Source of the DNA: a bacterium
Lineage (GTDB): Bacteria > SZUA-182 > DTGQ01
Reading direction: 5' to 3'
Length of the DNA stretch: 64,000 bases
Assembly (NCBI GenBank): GCA_040752695.1
Contig: JBFMGO010000007.1
Location: forward strand, 32,370-96,369
Positions 39,224 through 49,181 of the stretch are shown here, piece after piece (position 1 is the stretch's first letter; the number at the start of each line of letters is the position of its first letter). Made by a program: the position numbers and the translations under genes. A model generated the notes under the pieces. That model worked only from the letters and a program-made list of their open reading frames with translations. It had not been told where the DNA came from and ran no database searches.

Positions 39224-41317
39224 CTACAGTCTGCGGTAGATAGCATCCGGTATGTAGTAGTTTCTCCGGTTCAGCACTACGCCCAGGATGGGCACTGCGC
39301 CATTGAGGGCGTTCTTTGTCTTGCGGACGATTTCCATCCGGGTTTTACCTGCCTGAACGACCAGGACGAGGCCGTCCATTTGTGATCCCAGAAGGAGTGC
39401 ATCGGAATTGGCGCTGACAGCACTGGTATCGAATAAAATATGATCGAAGTGCTCCTGAAACTCTTGAACCGTCCTTTCCAGAACTGCGCATTTGAGCAAG
39501 TGCGCGGGGTTTCCCACAATCTCCCCGGCGGTTATGATGGAAAGGTTGGGGACTTTGCAGGATCGCAGGCAATCCTTCCAGCCAATTTTCCCCAGGATTA
39601 TCTCGCTCATCCCTTCGGCTTTCGACAGGCCGAAAAACCGGTGCAGTTTCGGGGACCGGAAATTGGTATCCACCAGAAGAACCTTGACCTCTTCTGTCAG
39701 GGCAAAAGTAATGGCGAAATTAATGGCTACCGTGGAAGTGCCCTCTCCCGGTTTCGAACTGGCGAACACGAGGGTCTGAATCTTGTTCGATGGATTGGCC
39801 AGGAAGAGATTGTTCTTGATCTTCTGGTATTCCTCAAGCACTTTGGACGGTAAGGAGAGTGGTTTTTTCCCTATCAGGCGGCGGGCGCTTCGTATGATGA
39901 GATTGGGGAAAAAGCTCAGGCACCCTCTCAGCAGGCCCCCTTCTCTTGCACCCGAAGAGAAGATATTTAAGGACTCGATCTGCCTGATGTACTCCGGTGA
40001 GAGGGATTTTCGGTTGATGAGCCCATTTGCATTGCGGTTTTTTACTGTTGGCGCTGCTCCTTTTGAGACTTTCGGGGTATCCTCAGAGAGCGACCTTGGC
40101 GTCTCCTCTTTTCTGCCCGGGATTCCGCCGGCCTGGGCATCGCCCTTGAAGGAAATCTGCGGCTGCTCCTCGCTGTCGGGAAGATTGCGGGGCAATCTTC
40201 CCCTGGTGCTGAATGGTTCTTCCTGCACGTTAGCGCCGGGTTCCCATTTACGTCGTGGATGCCCCTGGACTTGATTCCGCCCCAGGACCGTGCGCAGCCC
40301 TTCGTGCAGGAATCTAAAGACTTCGTCCCCTAAAGGCGGCAGAGGGTGGATTCTTGTGCCGGTATTTATTATCTGGTATTCCCTGCCCGTTATCTTAAGC
40401 TGATCCTCTTTTTCATCCCCATACGTGCCGGAGGTATCGGGCATTTCGTGCAACCTGGCAGTGGGGGGGCGGTTCCAATCGTTTTGAACAATGGCTTTTT
40501 GTGCGGGGTTCCCTTGCGGGTTTTCGAAGAGCAGGGAAAGTTCCCGGATGATATCGTAATCGATAAAGTGTTGTTGGCGGGTAAATCCCAACAGTAAGGC
40601 CTTATCGCAAAGATTGTTGATAAGTCGGGGGATTCCCTGCGCCCTGCGATGGACTTCCTGCACCGCTTCATAGGAGAAGATGTCCTGCTGATCCCGGCCC
40701 GCTCTTCTCAACCGATATTCAACATATTGGAAACTTTCCAATTCATTTAAAGGATCGATCCGGCAGCTCAAATCTATCCGCTGCTTGAGCTGCTGGACTG
40801 TGGGCTGATTCAGTTTGCTCTGTAGTTCCGGCTGCCCGACCAGAACGATCTGCAGAAGCTTCTGGTCTGAAGTCTCCAGGTTTAACAGAAGCCTGATCTG
40901 CTCCAATTGCTGCCAATCGAGGCTCTGGGCCTCATCGACCACCAGGACTACGGAGATTCCCTGCTGAACCTGGTACAACAGACCCTCCCGCAGCAGCTCG
41001 AAATTATCTTTGGACGAATCCGAACCGCATACGCCGATCTTTTGCAGGAGATGACCGAGAAGTATATTGAACTCCGCGCCGGTATTGAGAAAAAAGATCA
41101 TCTTGACCATCTGGCCGATTTCTCTCTGGATAACGTGCAGAAGTGCCGTCTTGCCGGTACCCGGTTTACCTGCAACTGTGATAAGCCCCTTTTTTTCCCG
41201 GATGGCATACAACAGAAAAAGGAGTGCACGCTGATGCCCGGTACTCATAAAGAAGAAATCAGGATCGGGTGTATTGTTAAAGGGTAAATTAGTAAACCCG
41301 TAAAAATCGGTGTACAT
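39224..41317 (-). CDS. ExeA/GspA-type AAA ATPase fused to a CpsD/CapB-type tyrosine kinase domain
   Basis: YGFTNLPFNNTPDP, GKPGTGKT, VVDEAQ, LVGQPEL, GIPRLIN; C-terminal SSKPGEGTST, VLLVDTNFRSP, GVVLNRRNYYIP. Confidence 0.85.
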   Translation of the reverse strand: MYTDFYGFTNLPFNNTPDPDFFFMSTGHQRALLFLLYAIREKKGLITVAGKPGTGKTALLHVIQREIGQMVKMIFFLNTGAEFNILLGHLLQKIGVCGSDSSKDNFELLREGLLYQVQQGISVVLVVDEAQSLDWQQLEQIRLLLNLETSDQKLLQIVLVGQPELQSKLNQPTVQQLKQRIDLSCRIDPLNELESFQYVEYRLRRAGRDQQDIFSYEAVQEVHRRAQGIPRLINNLCDKALLLGFTRQQHFIDYDIIRELSLLFENPQGNPAQKAIVQNDWNRPPTARLHEMPDTSGTYGDEKEDQLKITGREYQIINTGTRIHPLPPLGDEVFRFLHEGLRTVLGRNQVQGHPRRKWEPGANVQEEPFSTRGRLPRNLPDSEEQPQISFKGDAQAGGIPGRKEETPRSLSEDTPKVSKGAAPTVKNRNANGLINRKSLSPEYIRQIESLNIFSSGAREGGLLRGCLSFFPNLIIRSARRLIGKKPLSLPSKVLEEYQKIKNNLFLANPSNKIQTLVFASSKPGEGTSTVAINFAITFALTEEVKVLLVDTNFRSPKLHRFFGLSKAEGMSEIILGKIGWKDCLRSCKVPNLSIITAGEIVGNPAHLLKCAVLERTVQEFQEHFDHILFDTSAVSANSDALLLGSQMDGLVLVVQAGKTRMEIVRKTKNALNGAVPILGVVLNRRNYYIPDAIYRRL

Positions 41318-41335
41318 AATTATTCCTTTACCATG

Positions 41336-42898
41336 TTACTCTTTGACCTCCGGGATTGAGCCCAAAACCGGTAAATCCAATGATGCCTCCAGCTCTTCTG
41401 CGGTTCCGATGGAGTGGTCCATCAACTCGAAGAGCAGGGCTGTTCCCAGACCTGCCGCGAGCCCTAATACGACGGCTACAAAAACCTTAACCATCTTCAT
41501 GGATGGTTTTGGCAAAAGGGGAGTCAAGGCAGGCTCAATAACACTGATATTGGCAAAGCGGGCTGTATCCATGGCATCGGAAATCCGGTTTTCTTCAACC
41601 TTTTTCCTGTAGAGCCGGAAATTTTCTTCCTCGATTTTAATCTGGCGCTGCAATTGATTGAGCTCCACTTCGGTTTCATTAAGATCGTTCAGCTTTTGTT
41701 CGCAGATGAGCAGGTTTTTTTCGAGATTGTCTCTCTTGGCCATAAAGGATCTCAGGTCAGCCTGATTTTTCAGGATCGATTCGGTCAGTCTGAGATAAAG
41801 GTCATTGAGTCCTACCCGCACTTCGAATTGCTCAGGACCGGGCAATTTTTTCAATTGTGATTCAACATCGCCGATCTCTTTGCGGATATCGAGGATTCTG
41901 CGCTGATTGGCGTCGGCAAACATGTTCATCAATCTTTGTTCCTGAAGTTTGAGTTGGGAGAGCTGCGAGTCAAGTTGCTCTTTCAGGGGATTTACTCTTG
42001 AAATCTCGTATTGCCAGATTATGTGCTCCTGATCCGCAAGCTGATCTTCCTGCTGCTGCAACTGCTCCTTAGTCCCGTCAATGCTGCTTTCCACCTGCTC
42101 CAGGCCGCTCTCATACTCTCCCTTTTGCCTGAGGAGGATCTCTCTTTGTAAATCTAATTCAGCCAGGGAAGACCGCTTTTTGAATTCTTCCAGCCTTTTT
42201 TCCGAGTCCTCCAGCTTTTGCTGAAATTCGATAGCCTGATCGGAGAAAAACTGGTAGGCTCCGGGCGTTTTGTGCACCAAAAGGTGATGATCGAGGTAGA
42301 AATCCAAAAGGGTGTTAATCACATCAACGGTCACCCTGGGATCAGGGGAGGAAAAACTGACCTGGATTACATTGGAATTCTCGACCAGTTGAACAGCAAG
42401 ATGCCTTTGTATGGTAAGCACCGCGGATTCAAATGGTGATAAAGGCGAAGAGGTCAGAAGGGGAGAGGGAAACAGGTGGCTGAGCAGGTTTTTGAGCGCC
42501 TGAATGCTGTTGGACAGAATCTGGCTTATGGCCGAACGAGCGGGAGCCTGACCAGTGTCGGCTGAAGAGGAGGTTAAATCGTATCCCAGTTTCTCTACCA
42601 CTTTCTCGGCCAGCAGTCTGCTGCGAAGGATTTCGATCTCCGAATTGATATCTTCCAGGCGGGTGGTGTCCATAATCCGCTCAGGCACGTCCATTACGGC
42701 CGTGGTAGGAGTAGAGTTTTCTCTGCCTTCCTTGACCAGGATCTTGGCCGTACTCACATAGACTGGCTTCTGCATGCTGATTACAAGAACCGCCAGAGCG
42801 AACACTGTCAGGAAAACCAGCACGATTTTGCCCTTATGTTTGAAAATAACATAGAGCAGATCCCGCAAGGACTTGTTTGTGACCCTGTATTCGTCCAC
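41336..42898 (-). CDS. wzc: Polysaccharide co-polymerase (Wzc/GumC N-terminal type)
   Basis: Two TM flanking a long coiled coil; PVYVSTAKILV, SEIEILRS, NISVIEPA, LPVLGSIP. Confidence 0.88.
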   Translation of the reverse strand: MDEYRVTNKSLRDLLYVIFKHKGKIVLVFLTVFALAVLVISMQKPVYVSTAKILVKEGRENSTPTTAVMDVPERIMDTTRLEDINSEIEILRSRLLAEKVVEKLGYDLTSSSADTGQAPARSAISQILSNSIQALKNLLSHLFPSPLLTSSPLSPFESAVLTIQRHLAVQLVENSNVIQVSFSSPDPRVTVDVINTLLDFYLDHHLLVHKTPGAYQFFSDQAIEFQQKLEDSEKRLEEFKKRSSLAELDLQREILLRQKGEYESGLEQVESSIDGTKEQLQQQEDQLADQEHIIWQYEISRVNPLKEQLDSQLSQLKLQEQRLMNMFADANQRRILDIRKEIGDVESQLKKLPGPEQFEVRVGLNDLYLRLTESILKNQADLRSFMAKRDNLEKNLLICEQKLNDLNETEVELNQLQRQIKIEEENFRLYRKKVEENRISDAMDTARFANISVIEPALTPLLPKPSMKMVKVFVAVVLGLAAGLGTALLFELMDHSIGTAEELEASLDLPVLGSIPEVKE

Positions 42899-42934
42899 CT
42901 GAAGCTTTCTCCTGAAGCAGTAAAAACCAAAAAG

Positions 42935-43687
42935 TTACTTTCCTCGAATCAGGTCAGTGAAAACCTGGCTCGGAACGATCTTGTTCATATATTGATCAAC
43001 AAATTGATCCACTTTACTGATCAAAGTCTTCGGTACAAAAACTACATCACTTGGCTGCAACTGGAGGTCATTTTTTACCAGCTTCTTGCTCAGGAACAAT
43101 TTCATAAGGTCAACTTTGATTACCCGAAAGTCCGGTTGTCCGATCTTTCTCAGGATAAGAACACTGCGCATTTCTGCCGATTCCTTGAACCCACCGGCTG
43201 CAAAGATGGCCTGGAGTGCTGTTTTGCCGCTCTCGAAGTTGACCATCTGTGGATTGGCCACTTCCCCGCCGACGTAAACCTTCTGAGAAAAATTGGTTAC
43301 GATTACCGTAACCGCGGGCTCACGAACGACTTTTGCGTATTCATCCCGAATGATCTGTTGAACCTTGGAAGGGGTCATTCCCCCTGCCTTGACATCTCCG
43401 ATGAGCTGAAGCGAGATAATCCCGTCAGGCCGGATAACGGTTTTAGTATTGAACTCCGGCGTATAATAAAATTTGATCTCCAGTTCGTCTCCGCTTTGCA
43501 GGATATATTCAGTTCCCGGTTGTTCCCCCTGGTAATTCGATCGCATGACTTGCATGTTATCGACATCGTCATACACATAAGACGGTCCGCATCCCCAAAT
43601 ATTGCACATGAAAAGGATGACACCAAGAATAAGAGCCCAAATACTGAACGGATGGGAAGAGGGCATCCGCCTCCTTTTTTCTTTCAT
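42935..43687 (-). CDS. wza: Polysaccharide export outer-membrane lipoprotein (Wza/OPX)
   Basis: Lipobox IWGC, YILQSGD, IRPDGIISL, VYVGGEVANP, LQPSDVVFVP. Confidence 0.9.
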   Translation of the reverse strand: MKEKRRRMPSSHPFSIWALILGVILFMCNIWGCGPSYVYDDVDNMQVMRSNYQGEQPGTEYILQSGDELEIKFYYTPEFNTKTVIRPDGIISLQLIGDVKAGGMTPSKVQQIIRDEYAKVVREPAVTVIVTNFSQKVYVGGEVANPQMVNFESGKTALQAIFAAGGFKESAEMRSVLILRKIGQPDFRVIKVDLMKLFLSKKLVKNDLQLQPSDVVFVPKTLISKVDQFVDQYMNKIVPSQVFTDLIRGK

Positions 43688-44014
43688 GATAACACCTCTC
43701 CAACTTTTGAGTAATGTATTGTCAATTCATTTTAAGCATCAATTTCCTTTTGGGCTGCAAGATAAACAGCCCTTTTTGAGCAATTTTTCTCCATGGCCTA
43801 AAGCAAGTGGTCATTTATAGGTCATGCATCCAATTGGATGCACAGTTGATGCGAAAAGCAGCGGTCTTCGGACGCGATACACCGCACATGTTTATTCCCT
43901 GGCCGCGTAATTTCCGCGGGCCGTACAAGGCTCTTGGGTTCAAGATTTTTGGTGTATATGACGAATAGTAAAGTTGTAGTCTGCATATTGTTAAAGAGGC
44001 TAACCTGTTTTTAC

Positions 44015-44030
44015 GCATAAATTGTACCAA
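44015..44030 (-). promoter_or_regulatory. Candidate sigma54 promoter facing wza
   Basis: Minus strand TTGGTAC-AATTT-ATGC (GG-N10-GC). Confidence 0.4.
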
Positions 44031-44223
44031 AAGAGGACCTGGACGAATCCCTTGTCTGAATTATCTGTAAGAAGAAAAGCAAGCCGGGTTTCGTTGCATA
44101 ATGGCAACTTCAAACCAGGTTCGGAAGGTTAAGAGAACTATGGAGGCGTGCTTCTATTTGTTCTGTCCTGCAAATCACATCAAAGGCCGGACTCAAACTC
44201 CCGAACCTTATTAACCCCCCTTA

Positions 44224-44252
44224 TTGACAAGGAAGTCTATTGGTTGTAAAAT
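44224..44252 (+). promoter_or_regulatory. Sigma70-type promoter upstream of the dnaJ-degP fusion
   Basis: TTGACA-17 nt-TAAAAT. Confidence 0.65.
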
Positions 44253-44298
44253 GATCAGTCAGCTCTTGGTATGAGCGAATTGAATGTAATTATCAATC

Positions 44299-44323
44299 AA
44301 AAGATTGACAGAGTCAATCTTTT
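44299..44323. promoter_or_regulatory. Perfect palindrome, candidate operator
   Basis: AAAAGATTGAC-AGA-GTCAATCTTTT between the promoter and the dnaJ start. Confidence 0.5.
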
Positions 44324-44386
44324 ATTTTTGAAAAGGTTTGATAAGAAGATTTGATAGCAGGTTAACAAGGCAAGGATATTGAGATT

Positions 44387-46882
44387 ATGATCAAGAAGAA
44401 TTACTATGAAGTCCTGGAAGTTGCTCAAGACGCCAGTGCGGAAGAGATAAAAAAAGCATATCGGAAAAAGGCCTTGCAATACCATCCGGACCGCAATCCG
44501 GGGAACCCGGAAGCGGAGGAAAAATTTAAGGAGGCCTCCGAGGCGTATGAGGTCCTGAGCGACTCGCAAAAAAGAAGCCTCTATGACCAGTATGGGCCGG
44601 AAGGGCTTCGAAGTTCAGGCTTTAGCGGCTTCAATTTCGACGACATATTCGGCAACGATGTGTTCAGCAGTTTTACTGACATTTTTGGAGATCTTTTCGG
44701 GTTAAGAGGGGGCAGGACCGGTGGCCGGCCTCGTCCAATCAGAGGAGCGGACCTGCGGCATGATGTAACGATTGCCTTCCGTGAGGCGGCTTTCGGAGTG
44801 GAAACCGATATCGAAGCGGAACGGTACGAAACCTGTCCCGTCTGTAAGGGCAGCAGAGCCAAGCCAGGCACATCACCAACGGTATGCCGCACATGCGGGG
44901 GAAAGGGGCAGGTCCGGCTCACGCAGGGCTTTTTAAGCATCACCACCACCTGTCCGCAGTGCAGAGGTGTCGGTCAGATCATCGAGGCTCCCTGTCCGGA
45001 GTGCCGGGGACAGGGTAAGGTAGTGAAGAAAAGAACCCTGCACATCAAGATTCCTGCGGGTGTTGATAACGGTTCCCAGCTTCGGCTCATGGGAGAGGGA
45101 GCTCACGGCGAACAGGGAGGCCTGCCGGGTGACCTCTATATCTTCATCCAGGTCAAGGAGGATGAGTTTTTCTCCCGGCAGGATGACGATATCCTGTGCA
45201 CCGTGCCCATATCCTTTCCCCAGGCAGCCCTGGGAGCGGAAATCGAGGTTCCCACTCTTTCCGGGCCCCACAAGATGGATATCCCCAAAGGGACTCAGAG
45301 CGGCACGGTAATGCGCATCAAAAAGGCAGGTTTTCCCAACGTCTATGGCAAGGGCAAGGGGGACCAACTGGTGAAAGTCATCGTGGAGGTACCCACGAAA
45401 CTGAGCCGGAAGCAGGAAGAGTTATTGCGCGAATATGCCAAAGAAAGCGGCGAAGAAGATCAGCATGAGAAGCATCATAAGAAAGGCTTTTTTCACTTTC
45501 TGGGAGCGATCCTGGTCTTTCTTTTCCTGCTCCTTATGACGGCCCCTTCGGTCGTCAGAGCGGGCGAAGCAGCGGATGATTCCCCTCCTGCCAGCGATTC
45601 GCGCAAGACGCCGGTGGTAAAGGTTGTCGAAAAAGTAAGTCCTGCTGTCGTTAACATCAGCACCGAAAGGATCGTGCAGGAGAGGGTGAACCCTTTTGGC
45701 AATCCTTTTTTCGATAATTTTTTCGATAATTTTTTCGATACCTTTCCTCAGAAAAGCTATAAGCAGCAAAGTCTGGGATCAGGTGTCATCATTGATCCCA
45801 AAGGACATGTCCTGACCAATGAGCATGTCATTTTAAAGGCATCGAAGATCAAAATCACCCTGTCCGATAACCGTGAGTTCGAGGGCAAACTGGTTGGCTC
45901 CGATCCCAAATCGGATCTGGCCATAATAAAAATAGACTCCGCTGGGAATCTTCCCCACATTACCGTAGGGAACTCCGACGACCTGATGGTGGGCGAAACC
46001 GTAGTGGCCATCGGTAATCCTTTCGGCCTGTCTCATACCGTGACCAGCGGGGTAGTCAGCGCCATCAACCGCACGGTAAAGGTTAACAACGAGCTGGCTT
46101 ACCACGGCTTCATCCAGACAGATGCCTCCATCAATCCCGGAAACAGCGGGGGGCCGCTGCTGAATATCAGGGGAGAATTGATCGGCATTAACACCGCCAT
46201 TTACCAGAAAGCCGAGGGGATAGGTTTTGCTATTCCCATCGACCGGGCCAAAAGGATCGTCGCAGATTTGATTACCTACGGAAAGGTACGAAAAGCTTGG
46301 CTCGGTCTCCGTGTTCAGGATCTTAACAGGGATCTGGCCAGTTACTTTAATCTCGGCCACCCCTCAGGGGTTATCATCACCCGTGTCATTGCCGGCAGTC
46401 CGGCAGAAAAGGCCGGCCTGCAAAGAGGCGATGTCATTCAGAAAATCAACAAGGAAAAGATCGATTCCCAGGATATCTACCGCTCGGTTGTGGCTGGATT
46501 TACCGCAGACAGTACCATGGATATTTCGGTACTGCGGGAAGGAAAGCCCCGTACGTTCAGCTTCAAACTTGCCCGGATGACTCAAGATGACGGCGAAAAG
46601 ATCGCCAGGGATTTATTTGGAGTAACGGTTCAGGATTTTAAGGCCTTATCAAGGAGCAGAGGTCAGAGGAATTTTGGCGTGATTGTGACCGCCGTCAGGG
46701 CCAAAAGCCCTGTCAGCAAGACAGGTATCCGAAAGGGTGATATTATCCATCAGGTCAATGACAAGGAAATAAGAGACCTGAAAGATTTCCATGAGGCCGT
46801 TATTTCGAATGCCGACCAGGACAGCCTGCTCCTTTTAGTCCAGCGAGGCCCTTACATGTATCCGGTCACGATCAGTTTTTGA
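44387..46882 (+). CDS. dnaJ: Class A DnaJ fused via a TM helix to a DegP/Do-family serine protease (trypsin domain + 2 PDZ)
   Basis: HPD J-domain, G/F region, four CxxCxGxG, C-terminal domain; [12 protein letters not shown]; then TNEHV, SDLAII, GNSGGPL and two PDZ domains; single uninterrupted frame. Confidence 0.88.
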   Translation: MIKKNYYEVLEVAQDASAEEIKKAYRKKALQYHPDRNPGNPEAEEKFKEASEAYEVLSDSQKRSLYDQYGPEGLRSSGFSGFNFDDIFGNDVFSSFTDIFGDLFGLRGGRTGGRPRPIRGADLRHDVTIAFREAAFGVETDIEAERYETCPVCKGSRAKPGTSPTVCRTCGGKGQVRLTQGFLSITTTCPQCRGVGQIIEAPCPECRGQGKVVKKRTLHIKIPAGVDNGSQLRLMGEGAHGEQGGLPGDLYIFIQVKEDEFFSRQDDDILCTVPISFPQAALGAEIEVPTLSGPHKMDIPKGTQSGTVMRIKKAGFPNVYGKGKGDQLVKVIVEVPTKLSRKQEELLREYAKESGEEDQHEKHHKKGFFHFLGAILVFLFLLLMTAPSVVRAGEAADDSPPASDSRKTPVVKVVEKVSPAVVNISTERIVQERVNPFGNPFFDNFFDNFFDTFPQKSYKQQSLGSGVIIDPKGHVLTNEHVILKASKIKITLSDNREFEGKLVGSDPKSDLAIIKIDSAGNLPHITVGNSDDLMVGETVVAIGNPFGLSHTVTSGVVSAINRTVKVNNELAYHGFIQTDASINPGNSGGPLLNIRGELIGINTAIYQKAEGIGFAIPIDRAKRIVADLITYGKVRKAWLGLRVQDLNRDLASYFNLGHPSGVIITRVIAGSPAEKAGLQRGDVIQKINKEKIDSQDIYRSVVAGFTADSTMDISVLREGKPRTFSFKLARMTQDDGEKIARDLFGVTVQDFKALSRSRGQRNFGVIVTAVRAKSPVSKTGIRKGDIIHQVNDKEIRDLKDFHEAVISNADQDSLLLLVQRGPYMYPVTISF

Positions 46883-47023
46883 AATCTGGCCGATAGAAAT
46901 AGTATCCTCTCTTTAATCACGAGCTGTTCGATTTTCTGCCTTTTGTCTCAGAGTATTTCTCTTGAGATCAACAGTATTCCTGTTTTTATACCCAAAAATT
47001 AGCATAAACGCTCATAGTATCGA

Positions 47024-47040
47024 CCGGCATAAAAGTTGCT
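47024..47040 (+). promoter_or_regulatory. Candidate sigma54 promoter for the QTYPQY-repeat gene
   Basis: CCGGCAT-AAAAG-TTGCT (GG-N10-GC), about 100 nt upstream of ATG 47144. Confidence 0.5.
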
Positions 47041-47143
47041 CCTTGCACAAAAAAGTGTATGCTCTTTTCAGAGTCTCGCGCAATTAGTGAATTTGGGCTC
47101 GATAAGAATCACCTGTGTTTATTTTAGTGTCAAGGAGATCACG

Positions 47144-48268
47144 ATGAAGAAGTTGAATACCCCGGGACGGTTTTCTGTGCCTTTGATTGTTCAGGTCCTC
47201 CCCTGTCTCTTACTCTTTTTCTGCCTGCTTATTTCACATGGAGACTGTCAGTCTCTTTACTCCTACTCCTCTTCATATCCATCTCAGTCTTATCTGCCAT
47301 CCGCGTATTCCAGTACTTCGGGCACCGGGTACTCCTATACCGTGAATCAATATCCAGGGCAATCGGCTTTTGTGAGCACCCCTTATACAGCTTCTCCTTA
47401 CTCTGGTTATGTCGATCCCTATGGCCAACTGGTTACAACCCAAGCCTACGGTTCCCCGTATCCTGCGTATGGGACCCCTGTATATGGCGCTCCGTCATAT
47501 AATATCCCTGTATATACCGCGCCTGTGTATACTGCTCCTACGTATGGCGCACCAACATATGGTACTCCGACGACGTACAGTGCTCCAGGGTACGTAGTAG
47601 TGATTGCATCCACTTCTTCTTCCTACGACCCATACGCCTCAACCTATTCGCCTGTTACCTACCCGGCCACGACCTATCCGAGAGTATCGTATCAATATAA
47701 TCCTTATACCACCTATCCAACGAGTCAGTCAGGCTATTCGCCGATATCAGGCTATTCACAGACGTATCCGCAATACCAGACGTATCCACAATACCAGACG
47801 TATCCGCAGTACCAGACATACCCGCAGTACCAGACGTATCCGCAATACCAGACGTATCCGCAATACCAGACGTATCCGCAGTATCAGACGTATCCGCAGT
47901 ATCAGACCTATCCACAATATCAGACCTATCCGACGTCATCGAGTGTGACGGGGAACTGGACAGGCTCATGGTCGAGCAACGGAACCCAGGGAAGCGCTAC
48001 ACTCACGCTGACACAGAACGGGACCAATCTGAACGGTACGATCAGTTTTACTGCCCAGAACAATCAGCCGAAACTGAGCACCAGCGTCAGCGGGATCATC
48101 AATGGCACTACCATCCAGATTTGGGCAACCATCAACGGATCAACGGATGTCTACAATCTGACTGTTGTTGGAAATGTTAATTCAAGCGTTCTGAATGGAA
48201 ATTACTATATCACCAATAATAGCAGTGTTAATCTGGAATCAGGGACTATTAACCTGGTCAAGTACTAA
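47144..48268 (+). CDS. Secreted Tyr/Pro/Ser/Thr-rich protein with (QTYPQY)9 repeats and a C-terminal beta-barrel-like domain
   Basis: AAGGAG RBS before MKKLN; signal peptide; tail VTGNWTGSWS...ATLTLTQNGTNLNGT. Confidence 0.8.
   Translation: MKKLNTPGRFSVPLIVQVLPCLLLFFCLLISHGDCQSLYSYSSSYPSQSYLPSAYSSTSGTGYSYTVNQYPGQSAFVSTPYTASPYSGYVDPYGQLVTTQAYGSPYPAYGTPVYGAPSYNIPVYTAPVYTAPTYGAPTYGTPTTYSAPGYVVVIASTSSSYDPYASTYSPVTYPATTYPRVSYQYNPYTTYPTSQSGYSPISGYSQTYPQYQTYPQYQTYPQYQTYPQYQTYPQYQTYPQYQTYPQYQTYPQYQTYPQYQTYPTSSSVTGNWTGSWSSNGTQGSATLTLTQNGTNLNGTISFTAQNNQPKLSTSVSGIINGTTIQIWATINGSTDVYNLTVVGNVNSSVLNGNYYITNNSSVNLESGTINLVKY
47759..47932 (+). repeat. 18-bp coding tandem repeat (9 full copies plus a partial)
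   Basis: CAGACGTATCCGCAATAC variants that differ only at synonymous positions. Confidence 0.95.
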
Positions 48269-48495
48269 AAATAAAAGTACAGGCCGCAGTGAATAGAGCC
48301 GGTGAGAGCCAGCAAGGAAAGGAAAGGTTAACAGGTATGGGTATGAGATGTAGTTACGTATTACATTGTTCAGGCTGCCAATAAAAGGGCATGTAAGAAT
48401 CCGGAATTGCCCGAAATTGAGATGCTGCTACTGTTTATTCATCTAAAGAACCGGGGTGTGCATATATCCCCGCTAGAGGAGAGGGCAAAAGGGCC

Positions 48496-48822
48496 ATGGA
48501 TAGAGAGGAACTCTCGAAAAAGCTGAGTAAGAGTAAGGAAAAGTTACAACTCCATATGGAAAGATTTAACACGCTTCGCGAAGAGGGAAAGTCCCAGGAG
48601 GCTTTGGAAGAGTTGAAAATAGCCCTGAATTTTGCTGCTCAAACTCTGGAATATTCCAATTCCATATTGCATCAGATACATAATGATTTCGCTAGTATGC
48701 CCAGGGAAACCAGGCAAAAGACCATACAGGAAATCGAGGCCAACCGTAAGCGGGTCCCTCAGATCCGTTTACAGGACCCTCTTTTGAATATTTGTGTACC
48801 GGAAAAAAAGACGCTCCATTAG
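48496..48822 (+). CDS. Small helical hypothetical protein
   Basis: 108-aa ORF with purine-rich RBS region and charged helical composition. Confidence 0.65.
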   Translation: MDREELSKKLSKSKEKLQLHMERFNTLREEGKSQEALEELKIALNFAAQTLEYSNSILHQIHNDFASMPRETRQKTIQEIEANRKRVPQIRLQDPLLNICVPEKKTLH

Positions 48823-48837
48823 CAGATGCCTAAAAAA

Positions 48838-48859
48838 ATACCCCTCTTTCGAGGGGTAT
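48838..48859. terminator. Intrinsic terminator between convergent genes
   Basis: ATACCCCTC-TTTC-GAGGGGTAT with an adjacent A-tract (U-tract on the minus strand). Confidence 0.7.
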
Positions 48860-49181
48860 CTCAGTAAGGATGTATATGTAAACTAGGGGTAGGAGGAGAG
48901 CCTAGCTTGAAGATTGTCCACGTCTCAATCATCTGTTATAGAAGACGGAGATCGAACGCATCCGTTACTCAAAAAGGATAATATTTGTGGTCGCCGGATG
49001 CTCGATCCAGGTACCGGCCAGGGTCGCCGGATGCTCGATGCCGGGGATTGACCGTTTTGCGCGGGAGAGGAAAAATGGCTCAGTACGTGGTGCAAAGAAA
49101 CCATGCACCACGTACTGAGCACCTCACATGTCTTAAGAGGACTGGATCGGTTCCCCCGTCCAAGTTGAGTTCACAGTGTCT

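Noticed and set aside
47759..47932. CRISPR array
   Set aside because: Contiguous 18-bp coding repeats with no spacers; no cas genes in the window.
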